Part shown: piece by piece, positions 27,314 to 36,340 of the stretch
Layout: every line of letters begins with the position of its first letter
How positions within the stretch are numbered: the stretch's first letter is position 1
Source of the DNA: a bacterium
GTDB taxonomy: Bacteria; Patescibacteriota; Minisyncoccia; Phycocordibacterales; Phycocordibacteraceae
DNA length: 64,000 nt
Direction of reading: 5' to 3'
Assembly: GCA_023269085.1 (NCBI GenBank)
Contig: JAHFML010000002.1
Coordinates: 65,266 to 129,265 of the forward strand
Notes under the pieces: generated by a model
What the model was told of the DNA's origin: nothing
The model's database searches: none
What the model saw: only the letters and a program-made list of their open reading frames with translations
Made by a program: the position numbers and the translations under genes

Positions 27314-27394
27314 TGCCGGGAGAGAGACTCGAACTCTCACGCCTTGCGACAATGGGTTTTGAATCCATCGCGTCTACCATTCCGCCATCCCGGC
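27314..27394 (-). tRNA. tRNA-Leu (anticodon CAA), class II
   Basis: Acceptor GCCGGGA/TCCCGGC, D-arm GCGGAATGGTAGACGC, anticodon loop UUCAAAA (as in E. coli tRNA-Leu CAA), long variable arm, T-arm GAGTTCGAGTCTCTC. Confidence 0.8.
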
Positions 27395-27452
27395 AAGTTG
27401 CGCACACGCCTCCGCACTGGTATGCACGATACCATATGCTACACTATTTTTC

Positions 27453-28490
27453 ATGAACGATGATGCGCGCTATATACCGACCAAATATGATTCGGTCTTC
27501 TGGATCGATGTTGACCGCATCGTGCCGAACCCGTATCAGCCGCGCCGCGCCTTCAGCGAAGAGGGGTTGAAGTCGCTCGCCGAGAGCATCCGGCAGTATG
27601 GCATCCTCCAGCCGCTCGTCGTCTCGCGCATCGACGTCGAGAAGGCCGACGGCGGCCTCGAGAGTCAGTATGAGCTCGTCGCAGGCGAGCGCCGCCTCCG
27701 CGCCTCCAAGCTCGCAGGGCTAAAGCAGGTGCCGGTGGTTATCCGCCAGGGCGACAGCAACTTGACCAAGCTTGAGCTCGCTATCATCGAGAACCTCCAG
27801 CGCGAAGACCTAAACGCTATCGATCGCGCGAAGGCGCTCCAGAAGCTTATCGACGAATTCGGCCTCACGCACAGCGAGACGGCGGCCAAGATCGGCAAGA
27901 GCCGCGAATATGTATCCAATTCGCTCCGCCTGCTCGGCCTCCCCGAGCACATGCAGGACGCTATCGTCGCGAAGGAGATCACCGAGGGCCACGCGCGCCC
28001 GCTCATGGCGCTCAACGAGCGGCCCGAGGAGCGCGAGACCTTGTTCAGAGAGATCGTCCTCAAGCGCATGTCGGTGCGCGCCGCAGAGCGCATCGCGCGT
28101 TCGATCGCGCAGGAGCGGGTGCGCACCTATCACCGGAAGACGCCCGAGATGGTCGAGCTCGAGAAGTCGCTCACCGAGACCTTGGGCACGCGCGTCATCA
28201 TCGAGACCAACGCCGAGGGCGGCCGCCTGCTCATCGACTTCTTCTCTCCCGACGACCTGCAGGTGCTCGTCGACACACTCGCCGCCAAGCAGGCCGAAGC
28301 GGCACAGGCCGCGCTCATCGAAACGGCGCCGAAGCCTCTGATGGTCTCGTATCTGACCTTCCCGAACACGACGCCGATTGAGGACGCGCTCACGCTCACT
28401 GTCGCCATGCCCGACCCTATCATCCCCGCCGCGCCCGAAGAGCCGAACGAAGAGGACGACCTCTACTCGATTAGCGGCTTCTCGGTGTAA
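27453..28490 (+). CDS. parB: ParB/Spo0J-family partition protein with long C-terminal extension
   Basis: ParB box GERRLRA, LAIIENLQREDL, HTH region; 345 aa. Confidence 0.8.
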   Translation: MNDDARYIPTKYDSVFWIDVDRIVPNPYQPRRAFSEEGLKSLAESIRQYGILQPLVVSRIDVEKADGGLESQYELVAGERRLRASKLAGLKQVPVVIRQGDSNLTKLELAIIENLQREDLNAIDRAKALQKLIDEFGLTHSETAAKIGKSREYVSNSLRLLGLPEHMQDAIVAKEITEGHARPLMALNERPEERETLFREIVLKRMSVRAAERIARSIAQERVRTYHRKTPEMVELEKSLTETLGTRVIIETNAEGGRLLIDFFSPDDLQVLVDTLAAKQAEAAQAALIETAPKPLMVSYLTFPNTTPIEDALTLTVAMPDPIIPAAPEEPNEEDDLYSISGFSV

Positions 28491-28570
28491 GTCAAGTTTT
28501 GTTTGTCAAAAAGAAAGTGGTAGTCTAGCGACAGAGTAGTACCTTTCAACTTTCCTAAAGAGGTGCGCAC

Positions 28571-29125
28571 ATGAGCAAGAAATACGCGAGCCTCGAAGAG
28601 AGGCTAGATGCATGGAGTGTAGAAAGGGACAACGGTTTTTGTTCTCCATGCAGAATCTGGATGGGATACGCTCAAAATGGCGCTCCGATGCCGAGAGGGA
28701 AAGAGGGCGGGTATCCAAGAATCAACATGCGGTACAGGGCTTCTGGAGAGGAAAAAGCGAAGTCACGCAAGTATCCCGCATATTGGGTCAGACGAGTTCT
28801 TTATGAAATATCAAAAATTGTTCCAGATTTTGATTCCAATAACCCGCAACATATGGAATCGTTCTGGGATCTCCTGTACGCTTATCGGTCGCTCGGCTTG
28901 ACCATCGAGCATGTTTGCAAGCACACTCTCTGTATAAACCCATTGCATTTAGATTGGGTGCCAATGGCTGAAAATAATGGCAGGAAGAGATGGTCAGAGG
29001 TGCGCAGGAGGAGCAGGATAGAGTCGAATCATAATGGCGTTGGTAGACACGCCGCTCTTATTCGAAACTCCGCGGGAGTGAAGGAATTTATCGAAAAAAT
29101 AAAGAAGAGCCGGCATTTAAAATAA
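28571..29125 (+). CDS. HNH endonuclease (HNH_3-type, homing-endonuclease-like) in a low-GC islet
   Basis: LTIEHVCKHTLCINPLHLDWVPMAEN; strong SD AAAGAGGTG 8 nt upstream; local GC clearly below genome average. Confidence 0.6.
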   Translation: MSKKYASLEERLDAWSVERDNGFCSPCRIWMGYAQNGAPMPRGKEGGYPRINMRYRASGEEKAKSRKYPAYWVRRVLYEISKIVPDFDSNNPQHMESFWDLLYAYRSLGLTIEHVCKHTLCINPLHLDWVPMAENNGRKRWSEVRRRSRIESNHNGVGRHAALIRNSAGVKEFIEKIKKSRHLK

Positions 29126-29152
29126 AGTCTGGTCCTCTGCAAATCTTCTAAC

Positions 29153-29183
29153 CCCGCGCCGAAGGCGCGGGTGTTTTTGTTTA
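29153..29183 (+). terminator. Rho-independent terminator CCCGCGCC-gaag-GCGCGGG + TGTTTTTGTTT
   Basis: Seen directly after the HNH gene stop. Confidence 0.75.
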
Positions 29184-30776
29184 CTCTCGTGCGTGCTTGC
29201 GCGCGCGGTGCGGGCGCGTGGCTTGCGGCTCGGTGAGGCCGAGCGCGCTTCGGATATGCCGCCGTGCGAGGGAGGTCTTCACAATCTCGAGCCATTTCGC
29301 CGAGGGGTGCGCCGAATCGCGACGGATGATCTCGACAATATCGCCGTTGTTGAGCGGCGTGTCGAATGAGACGAGCTTGCCGTTCACCTTCGCGCCTTGC
29401 AGATGGTCGCCTAGGTCGCTGTGGATAGCGTAGGCGAAGTCGATCGGCGTCGAGGTGGCGGGGAGGTCGATGACGTCGCCTTGCGGCGTGAAGACGAACA
29501 CGCGATACGAGAAGAAGTCTCCCTTGAGCCCGTCGACGAACTCTCCGGACTCGGCATCGGCATGCGCCGAAGCGAGCTCCGCGAGCCAGGGCGGGATCTT
29601 CGCGTCTGTCTTTTTCGCTGCGGCATCATTCGAGATGCGCGTCAGCGAGGGGACGAGCGAACGCCAAGAAAACGAGAGCGAGGAGAAACGGCTCTTCTGC
29701 GCGCCCTCCGAGAGCTTCTCTATTTCTTTACCCAATTCCTTATACGAAATATGCGACGCGATGCCGAACATCGCGTGCCGATGCATCTCATCAGTGCGGA
29801 TCTGAATCTCAACAATGCCGGCCTCGGGCGTGACGACGGTCGTGTGGAGTGACTGATAGCCGTTCGGCTTCGGGAAAGCGATATAGTCTTTGAAGCGGCC
29901 CGGCAGAGGCTTATAGAGCGCGTGCACAAGACCGAGCGTGGTGTAGCAGTCCTCGATAGTCGGCACGACGATGCGGAGTGCGGCGATGTCGTGGATGCTG
30001 TTGATGTCATCACTCTTGCGGACTAGCTTCTGATGCAGGCTCCAGAGCCCTTTCATGCGAATGTCGGTGTGGAATCCTTTCACGCCCTTCTGTGCGAGCT
30101 CTGACGCGAGCTTCTTCCGCACCTTGGCGAGCCCCTCCTCGGTCTCGAGGTTCTTCAACTTGAGCATCTCGGCGACATGCTGGGCCGCGTCGGGGTCGAC
30201 GAAAGGGAAGGCGAGATCCTCAAGCGCGCTCCGCATCTTGCCCATGCCGAGGCGATCGGCGATCGGCGCGTAGATTTCCAAAGTCTCGAGCGCAATGCGA
30301 CGCTGCTTGTGCGGCGGCACATGCGCGAGGGTCTGCATATTGTGGTAGCGATCGGCGAGCTTCACGATGAGGACACGGATGTCGCTCGAAGTCGCGACGA
30401 GGAGCCGGCGCAGGCTCTCGGCGTGGCGCTCGGCGCCGCGATATTTGTGCGTGCCGAGCTTCGTCACGCCATCGACGATGAAGAGAAGCTCATCGCCGAA
30501 TTCTTTTTCTATCTCTTCGCGTGAGACCATCGCATCTTCGACGACATCGTGCAAGAGACCGGCGGCGATAGTGATCGCGTCCATGCCGTACTCAGCGAGG
30601 ATCTTCGCGGTCGCAGCCGGATGGATGAAGTAGGGCTCGCCCGAGTAGCGCACTTGGCCGGCGTGCGCCTTCTCCGAGAGCGCGTAGGCCTTCTCGACGA
30701 GCGCGATATCATCGCTCGTCGGATTCGTCATCGTCGCGACAATCTCCTTGGCGGTATGCATAAGGACACTATACAC
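29181..30776 (-). CDS. rel: Bifunctional (p)ppGpp synthetase/hydrolase RelA/SpoT family
   Basis: HD hydrolase motif HDVVED, RelA/SpoT synthetase domain, TGS domain (GDVIDLPATSTPIDFAYAIHSDLG). Confidence 0.9.
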   Translation of the reverse strand: MYSVLMHTAKEIVATMTNPTSDDIALVEKAYALSEKAHAGQVRYSGEPYFIHPAATAKILAEYGMDAITIAAGLLHDVVEDAMVSREEIEKEFGDELLFIVDGVTKLGTHKYRGAERHAESLRRLLVATSSDIRVLIVKLADRYHNMQTLAHVPPHKQRRIALETLEIYAPIADRLGMGKMRSALEDLAFPFVDPDAAQHVAEMLKLKNLETEEGLAKVRKKLASELAQKGVKGFHTDIRMKGLWSLHQKLVRKSDDINSIHDIAALRIVVPTIEDCYTTLGLVHALYKPLPGRFKDYIAFPKPNGYQSLHTTVVTPEAGIVEIQIRTDEMHRHAMFGIASHISYKELGKEIEKLSEGAQKSRFSSLSFSWRSLVPSLTRISNDAAAKKTDAKIPPWLAELASAHADAESGEFVDGLKGDFFSYRVFVFTPQGDVIDLPATSTPIDFAYAIHSDLGDHLQGAKVNGKLVSFDTPLNNGDIVEIIRRDSAHPSAKWLEIVKTSLARRHIRSALGLTEPQATRPHRARKHARE

Positions 30777-30779
30777 CGA

Positions 30780-33206
30780 TTATTTCAAATATTCAGCCGC
30801 TTCAGCGGGAGTGAACGAAGTGGGCGAGACAGACTCGGGGAGATAGATGCGACGGAGACCTTTCTTCAAAAAGAGACCCTGCTTTGATTTGTAGAGCACG
30901 ATAGTCTTGCCGGTCTTGGGGTGCTTACCGATCTCTTGTACGATCTCGACGCCGCGCGGCGGCTGCTTCGGCGCGGCAAGGAGCGCGAGCGCCGTGTCGA
31001 GCGTGACCGTGTAGGGGTCGCCGATCGCGGGCTTGAGCGAGCGGAATTCGCCATCGCTCCCGACGTAGGGGCCGAAGCGGCCGGTCGAAGCGAAAACGGT
31101 TTTGCCGGTGCTTGGGTGCATCCCGAGCTCGCGCGGGAGCGAGAGATAGTGGAGCGCGTCGGCGAGGGTCACCTGCGAGAGGTCGGTGCCGGCGGGGATG
31201 CTCGCGCGCTTGGCGGCAACCTTCGGGCGACCCTTTGCGCGCTTCTTCGGTTTCTTCGATTCAAGGTTCGACCTTGAATCCGAATCCTTAAGGTCGGACC
31301 TTGGTTCGGGTTCGGGCAACGCCATCTCGACATATGGCCCGAAGCGACCCGTCTTGATATAAATAGGCGCGCCAGTCGTCGGGTCATTGCCAATGGGCTC
31401 GTCACCTTTGAGCTCGACGCCCTCTTCGGTGCGCGCACCGAGACAGTCGGGATACTTCTTACAGCTCATGAAGATGCCGCCGCGACCGAGCTTCAGCTCC
31501 ATCGGGCTCCCGCAGAGAGGGCAAGTGAATTCGGGCGACACTTCGCCGAGCGAGGTCGCCTTCGGGAGCTTATCTTTTTCCTTCACCTGTCTCTCAAAGG
31601 GGCCGTAAAATTCGGAGAGCGTCTCCTTGTAGCCGCGCTCGCCGCGCGCGATCTCGTCGAGCTCGTCCTCCATCGTTGCGGTGAAGGAGTCGCTGATGTA
31701 GGTCGCGAAGTTTTCTTCGAGCCAGCCCGAGACGACCATACCGGTCGCCGTCGGCTTCAAGGTGCGGCCGGTCTTCTCGACGTATTCGCGGTCCGAGAGC
31801 GTCTTCATCGTTGAGGCATAGGTCGAGGGGCGGCCGATGCCGCGCTTCTCGAGCTCCTTGATGAGGCCGGCCTCGGTGTAGCGGTTCGGCGGTTCGGTCT
31901 GCTTCTCCTCCTCGCCGAGCGAGAGGAGCGTGAGCGGGTCGCCCTTCGCCACGCGGGGTAATTCGACATCCTCACCCTTCGCTTTCGTGTCGAGTGCGAG
32001 CCAGCCCGGGAAGAGTGTCCGCGAGCCGGTCGCCGCGAAGAGCGGAATGTCGGCATCGGCCTTCGCCGAAATATTCGTTCGCATGATTTTCGCGCTTGCC
32101 ATCTGCGAGGCGAGCGTGCGAACACGGATGAGCTCGTAGAGCGCGTGTTCGTCGGGCGTCGCGCCGGCATGTCCGCATGCGGCATCGGTGGGGCGGATTG
32201 CTTCGTGCGCCTCCTGCGCGTTCTTGCTCGTCGTCTTGTAGGCGCGCGTCTGGGCATACTCTTTACCGAATTCTTGCTCGATGACCGTTATCATTTTCGC
32301 GACGGCTTCGGCACCGAGATTGACCGAGTCGGTGCGCATGTAGGTGATGTGGCCGGCTTCATAGAGCTTCTGTGCGGCCCGCATCGCGCGCGAGGGCGCG
32401 AAGCCGAGACGCGTCGACGCGACCTGTTGGAGCGTCGAGGTGGTGAAGGGCGGACGCGGGGATCGCTCCTCCGCCTTTTCTATAATGTCAGCGACCTGCC
32501 AAGCGGCGGCGCGACCGAGCCTCACGATGCGCCCTGCTTCTTCGCGCGTCGCGGGCTCCTCGACGCAGGTAGTCATCAAGGTCGAACCTTGAACTTCAAG
32601 GTTCGACCTTGATGACGAGAAGGAGGCACGGAGGACGAAATAGGTGACGGGCACGAACGCTTTGATCTCGCGCTCGCGTTCGGCGAGGATCCGGAGCGCG
32701 GGCGATTGCACGCGGCCGGCCGAGAGCCCGTAACGAACTTTCTTCCAGATGAGTCCCGAGAGATCATAGCCGACGATGCGGTCGAGCACGCGCCGCGCCT
32801 CTTGCGCCTGCCGCAAATCTTCGTCGATAGTGCGCGGGTGGGCAAGCGCCTCTTCGATAGCGGCCTTGGTAATCTCGTGGAAGGCGACGCGCTTGGGCTT
32901 CTTCAGCTTCGCCACCTCCTTGATATGCCAGGCGATAGCTTCGCCCTCGCGGTCGGGGTCGGTCGCGAGATACACCTCGTCGGCCTTGGCGGCTGCGGCC
33001 CGTATCTTCTCGATGATCTCCTGCTTCTCGGGCGGGATGATGTAGTGCGGCACGAAGCCGCCCTCGATATCGACCGCATCGATATTGCTCTTGGGCAAAT
33101 CGCGCACATGCCCGACCGAGGCCAAGACCGTGTAGCCTTTCCCGAGGTAGGTGCCGATAGTGCGCGCCTTGGTGGGCGACTCAACGATGAGAAGACGGTT
33201 CGTCAT
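30780..33206 (-). CDS. topA: DNA topoisomerase I, carrying two in-frame REP-A doublet insertions
   Basis: Toprim N-terminus MTNRLLIVESPTKARTI, catalytic domain, C-terminal zinc ribbons (CPLCGSPM...); insertions encode ...SSSRSNLEVQGSTLMTT... and ...RSDLKDSDSRSNLES... Confidence 0.9.
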   Translation of the reverse strand: MTNRLLIVESPTKARTIGTYLGKGYTVLASVGHVRDLPKSNIDAVDIEGGFVPHYIIPPEKQEIIEKIRAAAAKADEVYLATDPDREGEAIAWHIKEVAKLKKPKRVAFHEITKAAIEEALAHPRTIDEDLRQAQEARRVLDRIVGYDLSGLIWKKVRYGLSAGRVQSPALRILAEREREIKAFVPVTYFVLRASFSSSRSNLEVQGSTLMTTCVEEPATREEAGRIVRLGRAAAWQVADIIEKAEERSPRPPFTTSTLQQVASTRLGFAPSRAMRAAQKLYEAGHITYMRTDSVNLGAEAVAKMITVIEQEFGKEYAQTRAYKTTSKNAQEAHEAIRPTDAACGHAGATPDEHALYELIRVRTLASQMASAKIMRTNISAKADADIPLFAATGSRTLFPGWLALDTKAKGEDVELPRVAKGDPLTLLSLGEEEKQTEPPNRYTEAGLIKELEKRGIGRPSTYASTMKTLSDREYVEKTGRTLKPTATGMVVSGWLEENFATYISDSFTATMEDELDEIARGERGYKETLSEFYGPFERQVKEKDKLPKATSLGEVSPEFTCPLCGSPMELKLGRGGIFMSCKKYPDCLGARTEEGVELKGDEPIGNDPTTGAPIYIKTGRFGPYVEMALPEPEPRSDLKDSDSRSNLESKKPKKRAKGRPKVAAKRASIPAGTDLSQVTLADALHYLSLPRELGMHPSTGKTVFASTGRFGPYVGSDGEFRSLKPAIGDPYTVTLDTALALLAAPKQPPRGVEIVQEIGKHPKTGKTIVLYKSKQGLFLKKGLRRIYLPESVSPTSFTPAEAAEYLK
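31258..31304. repeat. REP family A doublet inside topA (GATTCAAGGTTCGACCTTGAATC ... AAGGTCGGACCTTGG)
   Basis: Two inverted REP units ~10 bp apart; reading frame of topA preserved. Confidence 0.85.
32574..32614. repeat. REP family A doublet inside topA: 41-nt perfect palindrome CATCAAGGTCGAACCTTGAAcTTCAAGGTTCGACCTTGATG
   Basis: Seen directly; frame preserved. Confidence 0.9.
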
Positions 33207-33267
33207 TTATTCACTCATAACGCGCTTACCTATATATGGTCAAGTGCGGCTGTGCAAAAATAGCGAA

Positions 33268-34125
33268 TCACGCCCGGTGCCACGCACCGAATTCTTCACG
33301 GATGAGGCCGCGGATCTCGAGCGAGACGAGGGCGGTGAGAATGTCGCCCGCGCCGGCGGAGCCGGCGCGGAGTATCTCGTCCCGCGTCTTCGGCTCGTCA
33401 AGCGCTTGCCAGATAGAGAGCTCGGTCTCTTCGAGATCAGCTGGCGATACGCTGTGCGAAGAAGTCTCGCGAGGGGCGATCTTGAGCGCTTCGAGAATGT
33501 GAAGCGGCTCGGTCACGAGTGTCGCGCCGAGGCGGATGAAAAGATGCGGGCCGAAGGCGTGGCTGTCACCGATGCGATGCGGGATGCAGAGGAGCTCGCG
33601 ATTGTAGTCGGCCGCGAGGCGTGCGGTGATAAGCGTGCCCGACTTCTCTCCCGCCTCGATGACCAGCACCGCGTCCGCGAGGCCGACCATGAGGCGATTC
33701 CGCTCGGGGAAGAAGTGAATACGCGAGGCGGTATCGGGCGGATACTCAGAGAGAAGGCCACCACCTTTTTCTAAAATTTCTTTAGCAAAGGCGCGATTAC
33801 TCCTCGGATACAAGACGCTCTCACCGAGACCCGAACCCGGGACCGCGAGGGTGTGGAGGCCGACCGCGAGCGCGGCTTTGTGCGCACAGGTATCGACACC
33901 GAGCGCGAGGCCCGAGACGATAGAGACAGGATAGCCAGCGAGCCCACTCACGAGCCTCTGACACGCCTCTTCGCCGTAGCGCGTCATCGCGCGGCTCCCG
34001 ACAACGGTGAGAAAGCGCGTACCCGCGGGCGGGAGCGTGCCCTCGAGCCAGAGCTTTTTCGGCTGCTGCGGTATCTCGCGCAACTGGGAGGGCCACTCTT
34101 CGCTCGCGAGCTCGCGGATAGTCAT
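33268..34125 (-). CDS. dprA: DNA-processing protein DprA (Smf)
   Basis: Rossmann-like DprA core LTVVGSRAMTRYGEEA...SGLALGVDTCAHKAAL... Confidence 0.8.
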   Translation of the reverse strand: MTIRELASEEWPSQLREIPQQPKKLWLEGTLPPAGTRFLTVVGSRAMTRYGEEACQRLVSGLAGYPVSIVSGLALGVDTCAHKAALAVGLHTLAVPGSGLGESVLYPRSNRAFAKEILEKGGGLLSEYPPDTASRIHFFPERNRLMVGLADAVLVIEAGEKSGTLITARLAADYNRELLCIPHRIGDSHAFGPHLFIRLGATLVTEPLHILEALKIAPRETSSHSVSPADLEETELSIWQALDEPKTRDEILRAGSAGAGDILTALVSLEIRGLIREEFGAWHRA

Positions 34126-34180
34126 CTTGCCAGTATACCCGACGATTTCCCGAAGTCGCGGTTATGGTGTATAGTCGCGG

Positions 34181-34588
34181 GTGGAAGTTTCCCAGTCACT
34201 CGAGGAGATAAAGATGCCCCCCACCGTGTATCTGTTTCTGATTGACAAGAATTACAACGAGCTGCTCGGCATCGAACAGCACCTCATCTTCGGCATGTCG
34301 GTTTCGGCATTCATGGCAGTAGATGTTGATGCCGCCCGTGGGTCGATCTGTCGATATCATGGCGAGAAGCCGAGCGTCATCGCGCTTGGTCCGTCGCTTC
34401 GGTTTGACGCCGAGGGTCACTATGTCAGCGAAAATCAAGTCAACGACTTTCGCGCCGAACTCGACCAGATGGGTATCTCGCACAATCATCTGGTTTTGCT
34501 GGATCCTGGGGTCTCGGTCGAGCGGCTTCGCGCCGCTATCGAGCCGGTCATCAACAAGATGTCGGTTGAGGTCGCATCTTGTCTATGA
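34181..34588 (+). CDS. Hypothetical protein
   Basis: ORF followed by a strong terminator; no recognizable domain. Confidence 0.4.
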   Translation: MEVSQSLEEIKMPPTVYLFLIDKNYNELLGIEQHLIFGMSVSAFMAVDVDAARGSICRYHGEKPSVIALGPSLRFDAEGHYVSENQVNDFRAELDQMGISHNHLVLLDPGVSVERLRAAIEPVINKMSVEVASCL

Positions 34589-34590
34589 CC

Positions 34591-34622
34591 CAACGCCGCC
34601 CAAAGGCGGCGTTGCTTTTGTC
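34591..34622 (+). terminator. Rho-independent terminator CAACGCCGCC-caaa-GGCGGCGTTG + CTTTTGTCC
   Basis: Seen directly 3 nt after the stop of 34181..34588. Confidence 0.8.
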
Positions 34623-34691
34623 CGGGTCTATGGTATCTTTCAATGCGGGAATGTTCCCACTTTTTGTTTGGAGAAAAAAGTGCATCATAAA

Positions 34692-35012
34692 ATGCTCGAA
34701 AAAAAGGTGGTGGTTATGGACGATGCTCGTCCGGGACTCGAACACGAGTTGCTTCGTTGCATGAGTGGGTTCTCGATTGTGCAACTCGGTACTCCTCGGG
34801 CCGGTTGCCGCGCTATCCAGAACGCCAATGGTTCGATCGGGAACATGATCGTCGCCGTCGGTGACATGAGTGGTGTGGGAGAGGCTGATAAAGCGGCGCT
34901 CTTGCAAAACTTGTGGCTCAAGTTGGGCGTCGAGCCGACGAAGGTCATCGACTTCAACTCAAAAATTTCGCCGATGCATCTTGCTGCGCTCATTGAGCTT
35001 TGCGCCGCGTGA
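34692..35012 (+). CDS. Hypothetical small protein (possibly receiver-like; weak)
   Basis: MLEKKVVVMDDARPG... start reminiscent of response-regulator receivers, but conserved Asp/Thr/Lys positions not verifiable by eye; start moved to ATG 34692. Confidence 0.35.
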   Translation: MLEKKVVVMDDARPGLEHELLRCMSGFSIVQLGTPRAGCRAIQNANGSIGNMIVAVGDMSGVGEADKAALLQNLWLKLGVEPTKVIDFNSKISPMHLAALIELCAA

Positions 35013-35024
35013 TCCACCATAACC

Positions 35025-35055
35025 CGCCGCCCTTCCGAGGGCGGCGAATCTTTTA
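35025..35055 (+). terminator. Terminator-like hairpin CGCCGCCC-ttccga-GGGCGGCG + AATCTTTTA
   Basis: Seen directly after stop of 34692..35012. Confidence 0.6.
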
Positions 35056-35063
35056 TGCTATAA
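35055..35063 (+). promoter_or_regulatory. Extended -10 promoter element TGcTATAAT upstream of serS
   Basis: TATAAT at 35058-35063 with TG at -15/-14, 12 nt upstream of serS ATG 35075. Confidence 0.5.
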
Positions 35064-35074
35064 TCTCTCGCATC

Positions 35075-36340
35075 ATGCTGGACATAAAATTCATTCGCGA
35101 AAACGCCGATATTATCAAAGCCGGTGCCGCCAAGAAGCGCATCCTGGTCGACCTCGACGCGCTCATTCGGGTCGATGACGAACGCAAGCGCCTCCGCGCC
35201 GAGCTCGACAGCAAGCGCGCCGAACAGAACCGCCGCAGCAACGAGATTCAGCGCGCGGTGGGCGACGAGCGCACTCAGCTCATCGAGGCGATGCAACAGC
35301 TGAAGAGCGGCATGACCGAGCAGGAGGAGACGTTGAAGACGGTGATGGTCGAATGGCAGAAGCTCATGCTCACCGTGCCGAACATCCCCGACATGTCGGT
35401 GCCCGAGGGGGAGAGTGATGCCGATAATCTCGAAGTCAAGAAGTGGGGCACGCCGACCACCTTCGACTTCACACCGAAGGGGCACGTCGAGCTCATGACC
35501 GCGCTTGGCATGGCAGACTTCGAGCGTGGCGCTAAGGTCGCAGGCTTCCGCGGCTATTTCCTCAAGGGCGATGGCGTCTTGCTCGCGAACGCTATCTGGC
35601 AATTGGCTATCAAACATTTCGGCGCGAAGGGCATGGAGCTTATGAGTGTCCCGTCCTTGGTGCGGCGCGAAGCATTCCTCGGTACGGGCTACTTGCCGCA
35701 AGGCGAAGATGATCTCTACAAGACGCAGGACGGCGACTTCCTCGCCGGCACTGCCGAAGTCGCGACGATGGCCTATCACATGGACGAGGTGCTCAATCTC
35801 GAGAAGCTACCGATACGGTATCTCTCCTTCTCGCCCTGCTTCCGCCGCGAGGCGGGCGCGCATGGCAAAGATGTCCGCGGCCTCATCCGCGTGCACGAAT
35901 TTTTCAAATGGGAGCAGGTTGTCCTCTGTAAGGCGGAGCATGGCGAGTCGGTGCGCCTGCATGAGTGGTTGAATCGCAATACCGAGGAGTTCATCGAGCT
36001 CTTGAACATCCCGTATCACACCGTCGCTAACTGTGGCGGCGATCTAGGGTTAGGCCAGGTCAAGAAGTATGACGTCGAGCTCTGGGTCCCAGGTGAAGAG
36101 ACGTATCGTGAGATCAGCTCCGCTTCTTACTTCCACGACTTCCAGACGCGTCGTCTCAACATCCGCTATCGTGATGACGAGGGGATTCTCCGCTTCCCGC
36201 ACTCGCTCAACTCGACGGCGATCCCGACGCCGCGCATCCTTGTCTCTATCATAGAGAATTATCAGCAGGCCGACGGCACGATCAAGGTCCCGGACGCGCT
36301 CGTTCCGTATGTCGGGAAGAACATTCTCGGCGCGAAGTAG
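35075..36340 (+). CDS. serS: Seryl-tRNA synthetase
   Basis: N-terminal coiled-coil arm, class II motifs (FRREAGAHGKDVRGLIRVHEF, GGDLGLGQVKKYDVELW); start moved to ATG 35075. Confidence 0.9.
   Translation: MLDIKFIRENADIIKAGAAKKRILVDLDALIRVDDERKRLRAELDSKRAEQNRRSNEIQRAVGDERTQLIEAMQQLKSGMTEQEETLKTVMVEWQKLMLTVPNIPDMSVPEGESDADNLEVKKWGTPTTFDFTPKGHVELMTALGMADFERGAKVAGFRGYFLKGDGVLLANAIWQLAIKHFGAKGMELMSVPSLVRREAFLGTGYLPQGEDDLYKTQDGDFLAGTAEVATMAYHMDEVLNLEKLPIRYLSFSPCFRREAGAHGKDVRGLIRVHEFFKWEQVVLCKAEHGESVRLHEWLNRNTEEFIELLNIPYHTVANCGGDLGLGQVKKYDVELWVPGEETYREISSASYFHDFQTRRLNIRYRDDEGILRFPHSLNSTAIPTPRILVSIIENYQQADGTIKVPDALVPYVGKNILGAK

Noticed and set aside
27314-27394. Alternative reading of the tRNA at 27314-27394 as tRNA-Sec (anticodon UCA)
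   Set aside because: Requires shifting the anticodon loop by one nucleotide; the loop UUCAAAA and 7-bp acceptor match tRNA-Leu(CAA) exactly, and no selA/selB/SECIS context is present.
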